This document shows, piece after piece, positions 11,201 to 24,185 of a stretch of 64,000 nucleotides of DNA (positions are counted from its first letter, which is position 1; each line of letters begins with the position of its first letter). The stretch spans positions 19,220,001 to 19,284,000 of the forward strand of contig CATNEN010000038.1 of the NCBI GenBank assembly GCA_950097015.1, read 5' to 3'. A program made the position numbers and the translations under genes. The notes under the pieces were generated by a model. That model was not told the origin of the DNA, searched no databases, and was given only the letters and a program-made list of their open reading frames with translations. This DNA comes from Macrostomum hystrix (lineage: Eukaryota > Animalia > Platyhelminthes).

Positions 11201-14200
11201 TAAGTTTACTAAGAAACACAAGTCTTGCTCACCAGCCGGCGAAGGCCCAGAAGCCCTGGTAGAAGGCTGAGATGCTGCCAACTCCGTAATCGCTGCCGCT
11301 GAACGAGTCATCGAAGTTCTCAGTTCTGCCCTGAGCCAGATTGTAGAAACCGATGACTGTGACGAGAATGAGCGCGCTTACCTTGCAGATTGAGATAAGC
11401 ACGGCTGTTTTAGTGGCCCACTTAACGTTGATGCAGTTGATTGTGCATAGCAGGGCTGTAGGTCAGACAAGGGTGATTGATTTATCGATTTTGACTATCG
11501 ATTTGTTGGATAAATCTCAAAAACAGCAAAACCGACAGCTGCAAAATAAAAATCATTAAAGCGAAGCCATCAATATACTTAGCAACGGTGGTTCTCCAGT
11601 TGCATAGCAACGGAGGCTTTCCAGTTGCATAGCAACGGTGGTTCTCCAGTTGCATAGCAACAGTGGTTCTCCAGTTGCATAGCAACGGAGGCTTTCCAGT
11701 TGCATAGCAACGGTGGTTCTCGAGTTGCATAGCAACGGTGGTTCTCCAGTTGTATAGCAACGGGTGGCTTTCCAGTTGCATAGCAACGGTGGTTCTCCAG
11801 TTGTATAGCAACGGGGGGCTTTCCAGTTGCATAGCAACGGTGGTTCTCCAGTTGCATAGCAACAGTGGTTCTCCAGTTGCATAGCAACGGAGGCTTTCCA
11901 GTTGCATAGCAACGGTGGTTCTCCAGTTGCATAGCAACGGTGGTTCTCCAGTTGCATAGCAACGGGGGGCTTTCCAGTTGCATAGCAACGGTGGTTCTCC
12001 AGTTGCATAGCAACGGGGGGCTTTCCAGTTGCATAGCAATAATTAACAGCAGCTTGAATTAAAAAAAAGCGTGGGATTGTGGGAAAATTTTCAATTTTTT
12101 TACAATAATAAGACATAGGGGAATCCTAGATTTACCGGATGTTAAATTCAGCATAAAGTTTCCCATATAAAAGATAGAAGCCATATTTATTGAGCACACC
12201 TGTTGCAACTTGCCTGAAATCACGAGTTAATTTCTCTATACTCAAAGTGTAATTCAGAGAAGTGGTAGACTTCTCAATTCTACTTGACCTAGTTTTTTCT
12301 AGGATTTTTCTTGAATCGGTCAACTCAATCCTGAGCAGCTCGCTACTTAGTGTCTCGCACTGCCTGTCAGTCAAAAAATTCCAATTAAAAGTCAATTGGC
12401 AGATATAAACAAAAGAAGTGCTTAAGCTCCGTTAAGCTCTAATGATAGTTCAGAGTTCTTTGTGGAGTTGCATTTAGAATCAACTTACTAGACAATTTTA
12501 ACAAAGTTTCGTTAGCAGGAAATTATGTTTAAAAGTACATTGCAAATCTTTAACATAAATTTCGAATTTGAATTTGTGCCGCTTTTGTTATACTACTGTC
12601 TTCATTTTTTCGTATTGTCAATGACACTGCAGGATTATTGCTTATTGTGTCTCGTAATTAAATTTATTATCGTAAATTCACATTTAAGTCACATGATTGA
12701 TTTTTACTGGAAATGAACGCTGTCCATGTAACAGTTGATCTACCAATACCCCAGCTACTAGTGCATGTGAACTCACCCGCGCATTGCTATGCTGAATACT
12801 TGAGCTCAAATATGTGAGTTGTTAGGGCTGTCTGTGGTTTCAAGAGCCAAGCAGTTTCAATATATTTTGTTTCCTAAATAGGCGAAAAGCAGTGTCTAAA
12901 GAAAACATTAATAATTGAAGGCGTATTTGAAGATTGCATGGAAGTTCAAATTGTGCAATAAAACAACAACTAATCTTAGTAATTGGCATTGGAATCTGAG
13001 AAACTGACATTGGAATCTGAGAAACTTGCATTGGAATCTGGGAAACTGGCTTTGGAATCTGAGAAACTGGCATTGGAATCTGAGAAACTGGCTTTGGAAT
13101 CTGAGAAACTGGCATTGGAATCTGAGAAACTGGCATTGGAATCTGAGAAAATGGCATTGGAATCTGAGAAAATGGCATTGGAATCTGAGAAACTGGCTTT
13201 GGAATCTGAGAAACTGGCATTGGAATCTGAGAAACTGGCTTTGGAATCTGAGAAACTGGCATTGGAATCTGAGAAACTGGTTTTGGAATCTGAGAAACTG
13301 GCATTGGAATCTGAGAAACTGGCTTTGGAATCTGAGAAACTGGCTTTGGAATCTGAGAAACTGGCTTTGGAATCTGAGAAACTGGCTTTGGAATCTGAGA
13401 AACTGGCTTTGGAATCTGAGAAACTGGCTTTGGAATCTGAGGAACTGGCATTGGAATCTGAGAAACTGGCTATGGAATCTGAGGAACTGGCATTGGAATC
13501 TGAGAAACTGGCATTGGAATCTGAGGAACTGGCATTGGAATCTGAGAAACTGACATTGGAATCTGAGGAAATGGCATTGGAATCTGAGAAACTGGCATTG
13601 GAATCTGAGGAACTGGCATTGGAATCTGAGAAACTGGCATTGGAATCTGATAAACTGGCATTGGAATCTGAGGAACTGGCATTGATTTGCTAAGGTTTAC
13701 AACACATGCCGCCACTTCTTACTTCTGTTCAGTCAGCCACTGCCAATGCTGTGTTGCATAGCTCTTACGCAGAGAATCATTGCTCTTTCATTTCCCAGGT
13801 CCCTGAGAGGTGTAGCGGGGAAATTGGTACGGGTGGAACTGGGTGATTGCAGTGGGATCTGTTTGGCTGTGGTTAGTGGGGCTTCGCTCAGTGCAACAGC
13901 TGTCTTCCCCCCCTCTCTCTCTCTTTCTCTATGATCCTTTTATTGTATTTACTGCCCCGTATCCGGGATAACCCTGGGATCTGGGAGTTTTTTCTGCGTG
14001 TCTCCTTTCTCCTGGCAACGGGGCAAAAGGCGAAACTGTCAAAGATATTTTCTTGGCCTGGCTTTTTCATCCGCTGAGGAAATCGTGCCGGCATTCCATG
14101 ACAATGCATTCAGCTGACTTCGTCGGCTGTAGAGATCGAATTTGTGATGGCGGGTCAGTTGCTTCCTTAAGCCCGGCGATGAAATGTAATGTTCAGATGT

Positions 14201-15462
14201 AAAAAACTGAATCACTTATGTGTTGTTTTTATTCAGAAATTACAGCCCTAATATACTTTGAACCTAAGCAGTGATATTATCAGTTCAGTGCACATCGAGA
14301 TATAATTGGAATAGCGATCTGAAACTACAGATCCCCATCGGGTGGAGTTTCAAAACACTGATCCCATCCTGCCCATAGAATCCCAAAAGCAATCTGATCC
14401 CATTCTGCCGATAGAATCCCAAAAACACTCTGATCCCATTCTGCCGATAGAATCCCAAAAACACTCTGATCCCATTCTACCGATATAATCCCAAAAACAC
14501 CCTGATCCCATTTTGCCGATAGAATCACAAAAACACTGATCCCATTTTGCCAATAGAATCCCAAAAACACACTGATCCCATTCTACTGATATAATCCCAA
14601 AAACACCCTGACCCCATTTTGCCGATAGAATCACAAAAACACTGATCCCATTTTGCCGATAGAATCCCAAAAACACACTGATCCCATTCTACTGATATAA
14701 TCCCAAAAACACCCTGACCCCATTTTGCCGATAGAATCACAAAAACACTGATCCCATTTTGCCGATAGAATCCCAAAAACACACTGATCCCATTCTACTG
14801 ATATAATCCCAAAAACACTGATCCCATTTTGTCGATAGAATCCCAAAACACACAGATCCCATTGTGCCCAATAGAATCCCCAAAAAACAATTATCCCACT
14901 GTGTACTTTAAAAGTATTACAAAAGACAGCAGTGAAACGCACCAACAGACAGGAAGGCGGTCGCCCTAGTTAGCAACTCGGGCACAGGACAGCCGACAAA
15001 CAATGGGGACAGGCAGTACTTGGCGAACAGCAACGAGTTGGCCGCATTGCTGACTGCACCGATGGCTACGAAGGTGATCCACAGCACTAGGAAGGCCGGC
15101 AGAGCGCCCATCACCTGCAGCACGTAGATGTACTCTCCCCCGGATCTGGGAATTGTGGTGCCTAGCTCGGCGTAGCACACAGCTCCCAGCGCGCTGAACA
15201 CCCCGGTGATAGCCCACATCACGAAGCTCAGGCCGACACTCTTCGACTCCTGGAGGATGCCTTTCGGCGAGACGAAGATGCCGGAACCGACAATGCAGCC
15301 GACGATGATGCCAATGCCTTGAAGTACGCCAATCTCTTTGCGCAATTCAATCTTCTTCTCAGGCGCAGCTGGCGGCGTTTCGACAACAGCAGGGCCGCCC
15401 GGATCAGCAGCATTGGCGTCTTTGCTAGACTCCTGAGTCATGCTCGATTGTCTATGGCTCAA
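8241..15462 (-). CDS. SLC7 L-type (LAT/y+LAT/asc/b0,+AT) amino-acid transporter light chain
   Basis: Six exons about 15462-14943, 11455-11233, ~10491-10121, ~9103-8950, ~8598-8420 and 8314-8241. Motifs: LRKEIGVLQG, IVGSGIFVSPKG, YAELGTTIPRSGGEY, FAGWNYLNFLTEEM, AIFGSMNG, RPLKLP. Confidence 0.95.
8755..8862. repeat. 20-bp minisatellite (LAT intron)
   Basis: (tctaacaggtgaaagccatg)n. Confidence 0.9.
9535..10050 (-). mobile_element. SINE family 1 copy interrupted by a solo LTR
   Basis: SINE 3' half 9535-9715 and 5' half 9960-10050. Confidence 0.8.
9716..9959. mobile_element. Solo LTR (244 bp)
   Basis: TGTGA...TTACA termini with 5-bp duplication GGCAG (9711-9715 and 9960-9964), interrupting an otherwise contiguous SINE. 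Confidence 0.8.
10898..11100. repeat. 20/21-bp minisatellite (LAT intron)
   Basis: Repeated cctagaaatgtaaattt-type unit. Confidence 0.9.
11580..12040. repeat. 25/26-bp minisatellite (LAT intron 1)
   Basis: (agcaacggtggttctccagttgcat)n with two alternating variants. Confidence 0.95.
12984..13685. repeat. 21-bp minisatellite (LAT intron 1)
   Basis: (tggcattggaatctgagaaac)n. Confidence 0.95.
14355..14885. repeat. ~38-40-bp minisatellite (LAT intron 1)
   Basis: Repeated ctgatcccattttgccgatagaatcccaaaaacac with higher-order variants. Confidence 0.92.
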
Positions 15463-15769
15463 ACTGATTCTCTGTACTGAATTACTTTAATGCTATCGAG
15501 CTTTTAAACGTTAGAGAAAGACTATATTAAGGCAGAGTGCAGCCAGCAAAAACTCTGCCAGAGGAGGGGGTGGGTGACAGCTGGGATCCGGTTGGCTGGC
15601 TGGGTTGGGTCACATCTGATAGCAGTCTCGATGCATTGAAGGAAACGCTGGACGAATTGCAGCTGAATATGCCATTTCTGCCTGTAGCTCTAGAGTCACT
15701 CCTACTCGCATCTCTCTCTTACCATCATCTGCTATCTCTCACATTTATGCACTGTCACTCTGACTTGCT

Positions 15770-16770
15770 TTTTCTCTCATTTATCTTATTTACCTCTAGT
15801 CTCTCTCATTTACCTCTTGTCTCTCTCATTTACCTCTTGTCTCTCTCATTTACCTCTTGTCTCTCTCATTTACCTCTTGTCTCTCTCATTTACCTCTAGT
15901 CTCTCTCATTTACCTCTTGTCTCTCTCATTTACCTCTAGTCTCTCTCATTTACCTCTTGTCTCTCTCATTTACCTCTTGTCTCTCTCATTTACCTCTAGT
16001 CTCTCTCATTTACCTCTAGTCTCTCTCATTTACCTCTTGTCTCTCTCATTTACCTCTAGTCTCTCTCATTTACATCTAGTCTCTCTCATTTACCTCTTGT
16101 CTCTCTCATTTACCTCTAGTCTCTCTCATTTACCTCTTGTCTCTCTCATTTACCTCTTGTCTCTCTCATTTATCTCTAGTCTCTCTCATTTACCTCTAGT
16201 CTCTCTCATTTACCTCTTGTCTCTCCTTTTTACCTCTTGTCTCTCCTTTTTACCTCTTGTCTCTCCTTTTTACCTCTTGTCTCTCTCATTTACCTCTAGT
16301 CTCTCTCATTTACCTCTTGTCTCTCTCATTTACCTCTTGTCTCTCTCATTTATCTCTAGTCTCTCTCATTTACCTCTAGTCTCTCTCATTTACCTCTTGT
16401 CTCTCCTTTTTACCTCTTGTCTCTCCTTTTTACCTCTTGTCTCTCCTTTTTACCTCTTGTCTCTCTCATTTACCTCTAGTCTCTCTCATTTACCTCTTGT
16501 CTCTCTTATTTACCTCTTGTCTCTCTCATTTACCTCTTGTCTCTCTCATTTACCTCTAGTCTCTCTTATTTACCTCTTGTCTCTCTCATTTACCTCTTGT
16601 CTCTCTCATTTACCTCTAGTCTCTCTCATTTACCTCTAGTCTCTCTCATTTATCTCTAGTCTCTCTCATTTACCTCTAGTCTCTCTCATTTACCTCTAGT
16701 CTCTCTCATTTACCTCTAGTCTCTCTCATTTACCTCTAGTCTCTCTCATTTACCTCTTGTCTCGCTCAAT
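15770..16770. repeat. 20-bp pyrimidine-rich minisatellite
   Basis: (ctctctcatttacctcttgt)n, about 1 kb. Confidence 0.95.
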
Positions 16771-17675
16771 ATATCTCTTGTCCCTCTTGATTTTTTTTTT
16801 TATATGTCAATGTGAATCTCACGTGAACATATTCAGTTTCACTACTATATGCCTCGCATAGCAGTTGAACGAATAAGTTATAATAGTTGACGAGCGTATA
16901 AACAATTTCGGTGCATGGAAGTTATCTCAGTATATGAATCATACGAGTATCATCTGTGTTACGACTGCATTTGATACAACAAGCATACACACAGCGACAC
17001 GAAGGAAACATTACTGTTTCTAACTGTAAATAAAATACAATTTCTGACAAACACGCCTTCTTATAGACTGCACACGCGCATTCTAGCAATTAAAATTGAC
17101 GATTTACTAACTTTCAAAGCCGTCCGAGTCAGCATCGTCGAGATATTCAGCGATCTTTGTCGAAGACCCTGGTGACAAGGACAGCTAACATTTCTCTGTG
17201 TAAACATCTTTGTTGAATCCATGTGGGTTCAAAAATATAATGTCCGAATATATACCGGCTGCGCAGCGCGCAGCGCCCTCGGTCACAGACATTGATGCCC
17301 GAAATAGCCGCTGTGTATTTTCATTGAGCAACGCTGGGATTCCCAGCGGTTCTGTTTGCACCATAGACATTCCACCGGGGGTTTTATGTTGTCCATTAAA
17401 ACCATGCGGTATTTGATGGCCGGAATCCCAGCGTTGCTCAATGAAAATTCACACTTAACGTTTGAAATACAAGAATCCGGACATAGACATAGTTTAACGA
17501 TGTTCATTAAAACCCTTGCTCAGCGTTGTTCAATGTTGTTTTAATGAATACAAGATAAGCAATGGTACGCTCTTAATAACCTACATAAGTAAATGAAGAA
17601 ATTTTGTGAGCAGAAAAATATGCGCATTAAAGTGGTTCTTGCCACCAGACACCCGACGAGAATCGTTGAATGTCT

Positions 17676-18043
17676 CAATAAAAATAATAAAAATAATTGC
17701 AGGAGGGCTGCGGGCAATGGCACGTCATTTAGTGACACTAGACCCGCAGCCAGCGAGGAGGCAATTCTGCCTATTTCGCTGACTCCTGAGCACACACGCA
17801 CACAGATACTGTACGCAATCATACGCTCACACAGGTGTGTACATCTGCCTTGACTTTCTCATCTTCAGGCAGCGTACACTCTCACTGTGCCTTGGAATTT
17901 GGCCCTCAAGGGCGTAAATTGCACAAGCCCCAAGCCTTCTCTCCGCGGCTGCGCCCCAAATAAATGTGGCCTCGCCATGGAATCGAACTTAAGGACCTTG
18001 GTGCGAGAGGCAAACGCGCTAACCGCTCTGCCACCGACCCCCC
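17676..18043 (-). mobile_element. SINE family 1, near full length
   Basis: Same head, body and tail as the 25187 and 39542 copies. Confidence 0.88.
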
Positions 18044-18562
18044 TCATGCTGTACTTACTGCACAGCAATGATAGGAAGCATATAGCTCGTTACGCACCCG
18101 GGGCCTTTGGAGCTTATTTCTCATGGAACCTGGGTCCTTGGCACTGCTGCCTTTCTGGAAGAGTGAACATCAGGAGCTGTAAGGCGATACTACAAGTCAG
18201 CTTTAATAAGCAACATCCAGAAGAGAAGCATATCACACTGGGCCTCCATAACAAGCCGCCTAGATATCATAGTTTTATAATATTATTGTTATTATTATTA
18301 TTACGCCGATTCGGTGCTGATTTTTTGTTTATTTGATGTTTGAGGCTGAACAATTCGATTTTTTAAAAGAAGGCGATAGGAAAACAGTAGCATGCATTAG
18401 ATTAATTTTGGGTGAATAAAATATTTGAAATGAACAATGGCATTAAAACAAGATATGAAATATTGAAATTAAAAGAGAAAATTAAAACTGTGACTCAAAT
18501 CACTTCGCTCCTGAAAGGAGTATAGCTATTGTGTTTTTGCATTCTACTCGTAACTATGGGCC

Positions 18563-19096
18563 TCAGGGCAGTGGCTTTTTATCTAGCTTTATAATTATGC
18601 TTTCTATGAAGTCCACAAAACTTTCTGTTAATTCTGTGCTTTCCTGTGTCATTAAATACACAATTTTGTCATCAGCTGTTAGGCTCTCGAAATTTCGAAC
18701 AGTACCTGCCACTTTCTCTATGAATTTATTTCTAATTGGAACATAAACGGACCAATCGCATCTAAAGAGAAAATGAGTTTCGCTCTCTACCTCGACTCTA
18801 CATTTTGGGCATGTTCTGTTTTCATAGGCGATTTTCGGTCTTACAGTGCGCAATGTCTCACAGGCCAGTTTGTGGTTTCCTAGACGAAATCGGGACATTG
18901 TGCGCCTTTGTTCTGGGTTAGAGATTATTGTTAGGTACTTTTCTCTGGAGAAATCTTTCTTAAACGTGTAATAGAAGTGGCTGAGCTTGGCTGATTTTCC
19001 CATCCTCTGAGTCCAGTGCCTTCGAAACTCTGACTCAAAGTTCTCCCTGTATGTTTTGATGGACTTTGTTTTTCTAGTCTGTTGACAATTCCGCAT
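18563..19096 (-). mobile_element. Non-LTR retrotransposon ORF2 C-terminal remnant
   Basis: SRFRLGNHKLACET...RTCPKC...ESETHFLFRC CCHC-type zinc knuckle typical of the post-RT region of LINE ORF2. Confidence 0.8.
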
Positions 19097-19400
19097 TACT
19101 TCATAACTGTTAAGGGTGCGTTAAGGTAAGTTTATAACTAGATTAAAGGTGTGCCACCTTAGCAGATAGAAGTGCATTAATATTGCTTAATATTTCGAAT
19201 TTATTTTTTACTTCTGATCATGTCACCCAATAAAATGAACAAAAAACCTTTGTAAATATTCCAAAACTTAGCGGCCTTTGTACTGATGATACTGACTGAA
19301 GCACTTTAATAAAGCAGACTCCTGCATCATTGACTCCTGTATCAAAATATTGATGAGCGCTAATGTCTCCTTAAAGCAGACTATCTGCGGGCTACAGGGG

Positions 19401-19898
19401 TTAGCGGTATGGGCGATCCTCGCCTCCCGCTGTGTCCATGGACCACCCAGCAGCTAAGTCAAAGTAGTGCAGTACTTGACTGGCAGTGTGGTTGCTCTTG
19501 GAGAATTTCGATTTAGCGTTGATGCAGAAAATTCTGAAGTTGCTCATGCTATGGCTGTCATTGATGATGAGCTGCTGGATGCGGAGCTCAAACCCAATCC
19601 TGACCCTGCAGCCGGAGGGACGGGAGGAGGAGGAGAAGGGTAGGAGTTGGAGGAGACAGGTGGAGGCAAGGGAGAAAGATAAGCTGGGAGCTGCAGATGA
19701 ATGGCGGAGTCCAGTTACTAAGGTGACGCAAACCGCTGCAGCTCCGGAGATTAATCCAGCCAGAGAGCAGCGGTTGCGTTGGACGGACGCTACCGATCTT
19801 TCGTGGAAGCTGGGCCATGGGCCAGGAGTGGGTTCAATGGCGACAGGAAGGAGGAGGAGCCATACCAGCACGGCTTGCATTATGTGTTCCGCACCCAA
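19401..19898 (-). mobile_element. Possible LINE 5' remnant with degenerate 2A-like motif and start of an APE domain
   Basis: LLLLPVAIEPTPGP resembles DxExNPGP. FRIFCINAKS resembles the first strand of APE endonucleases. Confidence 0.45.
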
Positions 19899-20204
19899 AA
19901 ACGCTGCAGTTGACCAGAATTGGTCTGAGCAGAGCCCAAGGAATAATAATTATTATAGGAGGCCTGCGCTTCGGGGTTGCAAAGACGGCCCGGCATGCAG
20001 CTCGTAGACTCGTGGATTAGTCGAGCGACACGCGCAGCAGCGCCAAGGCGTCGTGACGTCCGATGGCCGCTAGCCGCGGTGAAATTTTAAGGAGGCTGCG
20101 TGGGGGTCAACCGTCGCGACCCCAAAAGCAGCAGCAGCATCCAACAGTTCACAGTTGATGATGAATCCGATGATGACCGCTGCCGTCGCTTTACGCCGGC
20201 AGTT

Positions 20205-20530
20205 GGGAGTGAACTATGCAGAGTGACGTTGGGAGTGAACTATACAGAGTGACGTTTGGAGTGAACTATACAGAGTGACGTTTGGAGTGAACTATACAGA
20301 GTGACGTTGGGAGTGAACTATACAGAGTGACGTTTGAAGTGAACTATACAGAGTGACGTTTGGAGTGAACTATGCAGAGTGACATTTGGAGTGAACTATA
20401 CAGAGTGACGTTGGGAGTGAACTATACAGAGTGACGTTTGGAGTGAACTATACAGAGTGACGTTTGGAGTAAACTATACATAGTGACGTTGGGAGTGAAC
20501 TATACAGAGTGACGTTTGGAGTGAACGATT
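20205..20530. repeat. 26-bp minisatellite
   Basis: (ggagtgaactatacagagtgacgttt)n. Confidence 0.92.
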
Positions 20531-20918
20531 CAGAGTAAAACTAGGAGTGAAATATTCATAGTGACACTATGAGTGAAATATTCAGGGGGACATTTGGAAG
20601 TGAACAATTCAGTGTGAACTATCGGTAATTTGCACCCTAAAGTTCCAACCCTAAAAATCAAGGAGGGCCAGATCACACTTTTGAAAAAGACTGGTGTGTC
20701 ACTTGAATACACTGGAAAGCGTTTTAATTTCGTTTATTCACTTTGATTTCGAGTCTAATCAGTCAGCATACGCCGACTGGGGTTGGACCCTAGTGGCACG
20801 TGGTTGTAAGCACTTAACTGGTTTAGCGCTTAAAAGAAAATAATTGTGTATATCCATCGCAATGTCTTATTTAAGTAGGCCACCCAGGATTTAAAGTTTC
20901 ATATTTAACTTCTTTGTT

Positions 20919-22818
20919 TCACGAGCAAGCGCAAATCCTTCCTCGTCGATCTCTTCTGCCTTGATCATTGTCATCGGTTTTTGCAGTCGACCACTTATTC
21001 TTCTTCTGCTTACTCTGAGCATCTTTGACTTGCGATTTGAGCACAGTTTGAGCTCGCTGGGCTTCCGCAGTTGTCGTGGTGCGCACGACGGCTAAAGCCA
21101 AGTCAACGAACGCCTTCTGAACGTTGACGACGTTCAACGCGGAGGTCTCAATGTAGGTCAGGCCCAACTGGTTCGCGAATCTCTGCGCCTCTCGCTGCGA
21201 AACCATGCGGCCGGCCTCGTCCGCTTTGTTGCCTACAAGGCAGCATTCGAACTCGCGACCTTCGCCACTGCTGCCAACGAAGGTTCTGGCTCGATCCAGC
21301 CAGCTTGGTAGGGCTTGGAATGAGGCGAGATCGGTCACTGAGAACACCAGCATTGCACCGTGCGCGTTTCTGTAGAAATTTGACGCCCGATTCATTGCGT
21401 CGAATCGCTCCTTTGAGTATGGATTTAAGAAGAAATTTGAGTATGGATTTAAGAAGAAATTTGAGTATGGATTTAAGAAGAAATTTGAGTATGGATTTAA
21501 GAAGAAATTTGAGTATGGATTTAAGAAGAAATTTGAGTATGGATTTAAGAAGAAATTTGAGTATGGATTTAAGAAGAAATTTGAGTATGGATTTAAGAAG
21601 AAATTTGAGTATGGATTTAAGAAGAAATTTGAGTAAAGATTTGAGAAGTAATTTGAGTAGGGATTTGAGAAGGAATTTGAGTAGAGATTTGAGAAGGAAT
21701 TTGAGTAGAGATTTGAGAAGGAATTTGAGTAGAGATTTGAGAAGGAATTTGAGTAGGGATTTGAGAAGGAATTTGAGTAGGGATTTGAGAAGTAATTTGA
21801 GTAGGGATTTGAGAAGGAATTTGAGTAGAGATTTGAGAAGGAATTTGAGTAGAGATTTGAGAAGGAATTTGAGTAGAGATTTGAGAAGGAATTTGAGTAG
21901 GGATTTGAGAAGGAATTTGAGTAGGGATTTGAGAAGGAATTTGAGTAGAGATTTGAGAATGAATTTGAGTAGAGATTTGAGAAGGAATTCGAGTAGGGAT
22001 TTGAGAAGGAATTTGAGTAGGGATTTGAGATGGAATTTGAGTATGGATTTGAGAAGGAATTTGAGTAGGGATTTGAGGATGAATTTGAGTAGAGATTTGA
22101 GAATGAATTTGAGTAGGGATTTGAGAAGGAATTTGAGTAGAGATTTGAGAAGGAATTTGAGTAGGGATTTGAGAAGGAATTTGAGTAGAGATTTGAGAAG
22201 GAATTTGAGTAGGGATTTGAATTTTAATTAGTGTTAGGATTTGAGAAGGAATAGGATTTAGGATTAACTAGGGTTTTTAGTTAGAGTTCCAGTCAGGACT
22301 TGAGTTGGGATTCAGTGGGGATTTGAGTAGGGATTTTTGGGATTGATTTGAGTTGCATTTGAGTTATTTAGAGCGAAGATAAAGTCCAATAGGGCAGAAA
22401 TTAACCAAATGACAATCGAACCCTGGATTAGCCAGTTGACCTGTGAGAAACACTAAAAAATATAAAATAATTAATAATAGACCCCAAAAACGCATTGTGT
22501 ACAGACCATTCCTCCAATGTCCCACATCCGCAGCTGTACAGTCTTGCCGGCCAATCTCATAGCGCAATGCGAAAAGTCGCACAGTACAGTCAACTGCACC
22601 TGGTCAACGTCGGCGGTCTCGTCTAAGAATTTGTTGAGCAAACTTGTCTTACCAACGCCACTACTGCCCAGTAGGATAATCTTCAACTTGAGCTCGGCTG
22701 TATCGTCGAGTCTGTTCTCAATGAACGCCATTGCGGCTCGCTTCTTTTTAGCCGCGTCTCTGTCCTTTTTTACGTCGGCCGCCGAGCACACCGCCGACGA
22801 AGATGCCGACCGGTCCAT
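20919..22818 (-). CDS. Rab-family small GTPase (divergent), two exons
   Basis: Exons 22818-22507 and 21410-20919. GSSGVGKTS, WDIGGM|ERF, FYRNAHGAMLVF, GNKAD, ETSAL, C-terminal CACS. Confidence 0.9.
21413..22220. repeat. 24-bp minisatellite filling most of the Rab intron
   Basis: (tttgagtatggatttaagaagaaa)n grading into (tttgagtagagatttgagaaggaa)n. Confidence 0.95.
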
Positions 22819-23224
22819 TGGCCAGTCGGCCAGTTTCTTGGAAAATATTTCTAAGAAATTGAGATCGTATTAGTCACACAATTGAGCAGTTGCTTTGCAA
22901 AGTAAAGGTGGGAATTCGGTTGGTTAACAGCCTTTGTAGAAAAGCTTTTGACTCTAGGAGGCTATAGGGAGTCACCTACCGTGCTCTGCCTGTTGTTTTG
23001 TGTTTATGAAAGAGCGGCGAATAAAGAGAATGTTAATTAACTTTGCTGACATGCTAGGCTAGCACTTACTGCGTGTTCAGCGACTGTGCATTTGCATAAT
23101 ATATATAACTTCACTAATGTTATGTGTTGCTTTGTGAAGTCAGCTCGACCTAAAACATTGTGTCAATATAATTTCAGGAGTATAGACTTGGTCAATAAAT
23201 TGATTCTACTTTGAAAGCTGAGGC

Positions 23225-24185
23225 AATGAAGCATGAGGGAATGAAGCATGAGGGAATGAAGCATGAGGGAATGAAGCATGAGGGAATGAAGCATGAGGGA
23301 ATGAAGCATGAGGGAATGAAGCATGAGGGAATGAAGCATGAGGGAATGAAGCATCAGGGAATGAAGCATGAGGGAATGAAGCATGAGGGAATGAAGCATG
23401 AGGGAATGAAGCATGAGGGAATGAAGCATGAATGAGGGAATGAAGCATGAGGGAATGAAGCATGAGGGAATGAAGCATGAATGAGGGAATGAAGCATGAG
23501 GGAATGAAGCATGAGGGAATGAAGCATGAGGGAATGAAGCATGAGGGAGTGAAACATGAGGGAATGAAGCATGAGGGAATAAAGCATGAGGGAATGAAGC
23601 ATGAATGAGGGAATGAAGCATGAGGAAATGAAGCATGAGGGAATGAAGCATGAGGGAATGAAGCATGAGGGAATGAAGCATGAGGGAATGAAGCATGAGG
23701 GAATGAAGCATGAGGGAATGAAGCATGAATGAGGGAATGAAGCATGAGGGAATGAAGCATGAGGGAATGAAGCATGAATGAGGGAATGAAGCATGAGGGA
23801 ATGAAGCATGAGGGAATGAAGCATGAGGGAATGAAGCATGAGGGAGTGAAACATGAGGGAATGAAGCATGAGGAAATGAAGCATGAGGGAATGAGGCATG
23901 AGGGAATGAAGCATGAGGGAATGAAGCATGAGGGAATGAAGCATGAGGGAATGAAGCATGAGGGAATGAAGCATGAGGGAATGAAGCACGAGGGAATGAA
24001 GCATGAGGGAATGAAGCATGAGGGAATGAAGCATGAGGGAATGAAGCATGAGGGAATGAAGCATGAGGGAATGAAGCATGAGGGAATGAAGCATGAGGGA
24101 ATGAAGCATGAGGGAATGAAGCATGAGGGAATGAAGCATGAGGGAATGAAGCATGAGGGAATGAAGCATGAGGGAATGAAAGGGA
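23225..24185. repeat. 15-bp minisatellite
   Basis: (aatgaagcatgaggg)n. Confidence 0.95.

Noticed and set aside
12983-13693. 236-aa heptad (ALESEKL)n coiled-coil ORF
   Set aside because: Translation of a 21-bp intronic minisatellite, open in several frames, no ATG start or splice support
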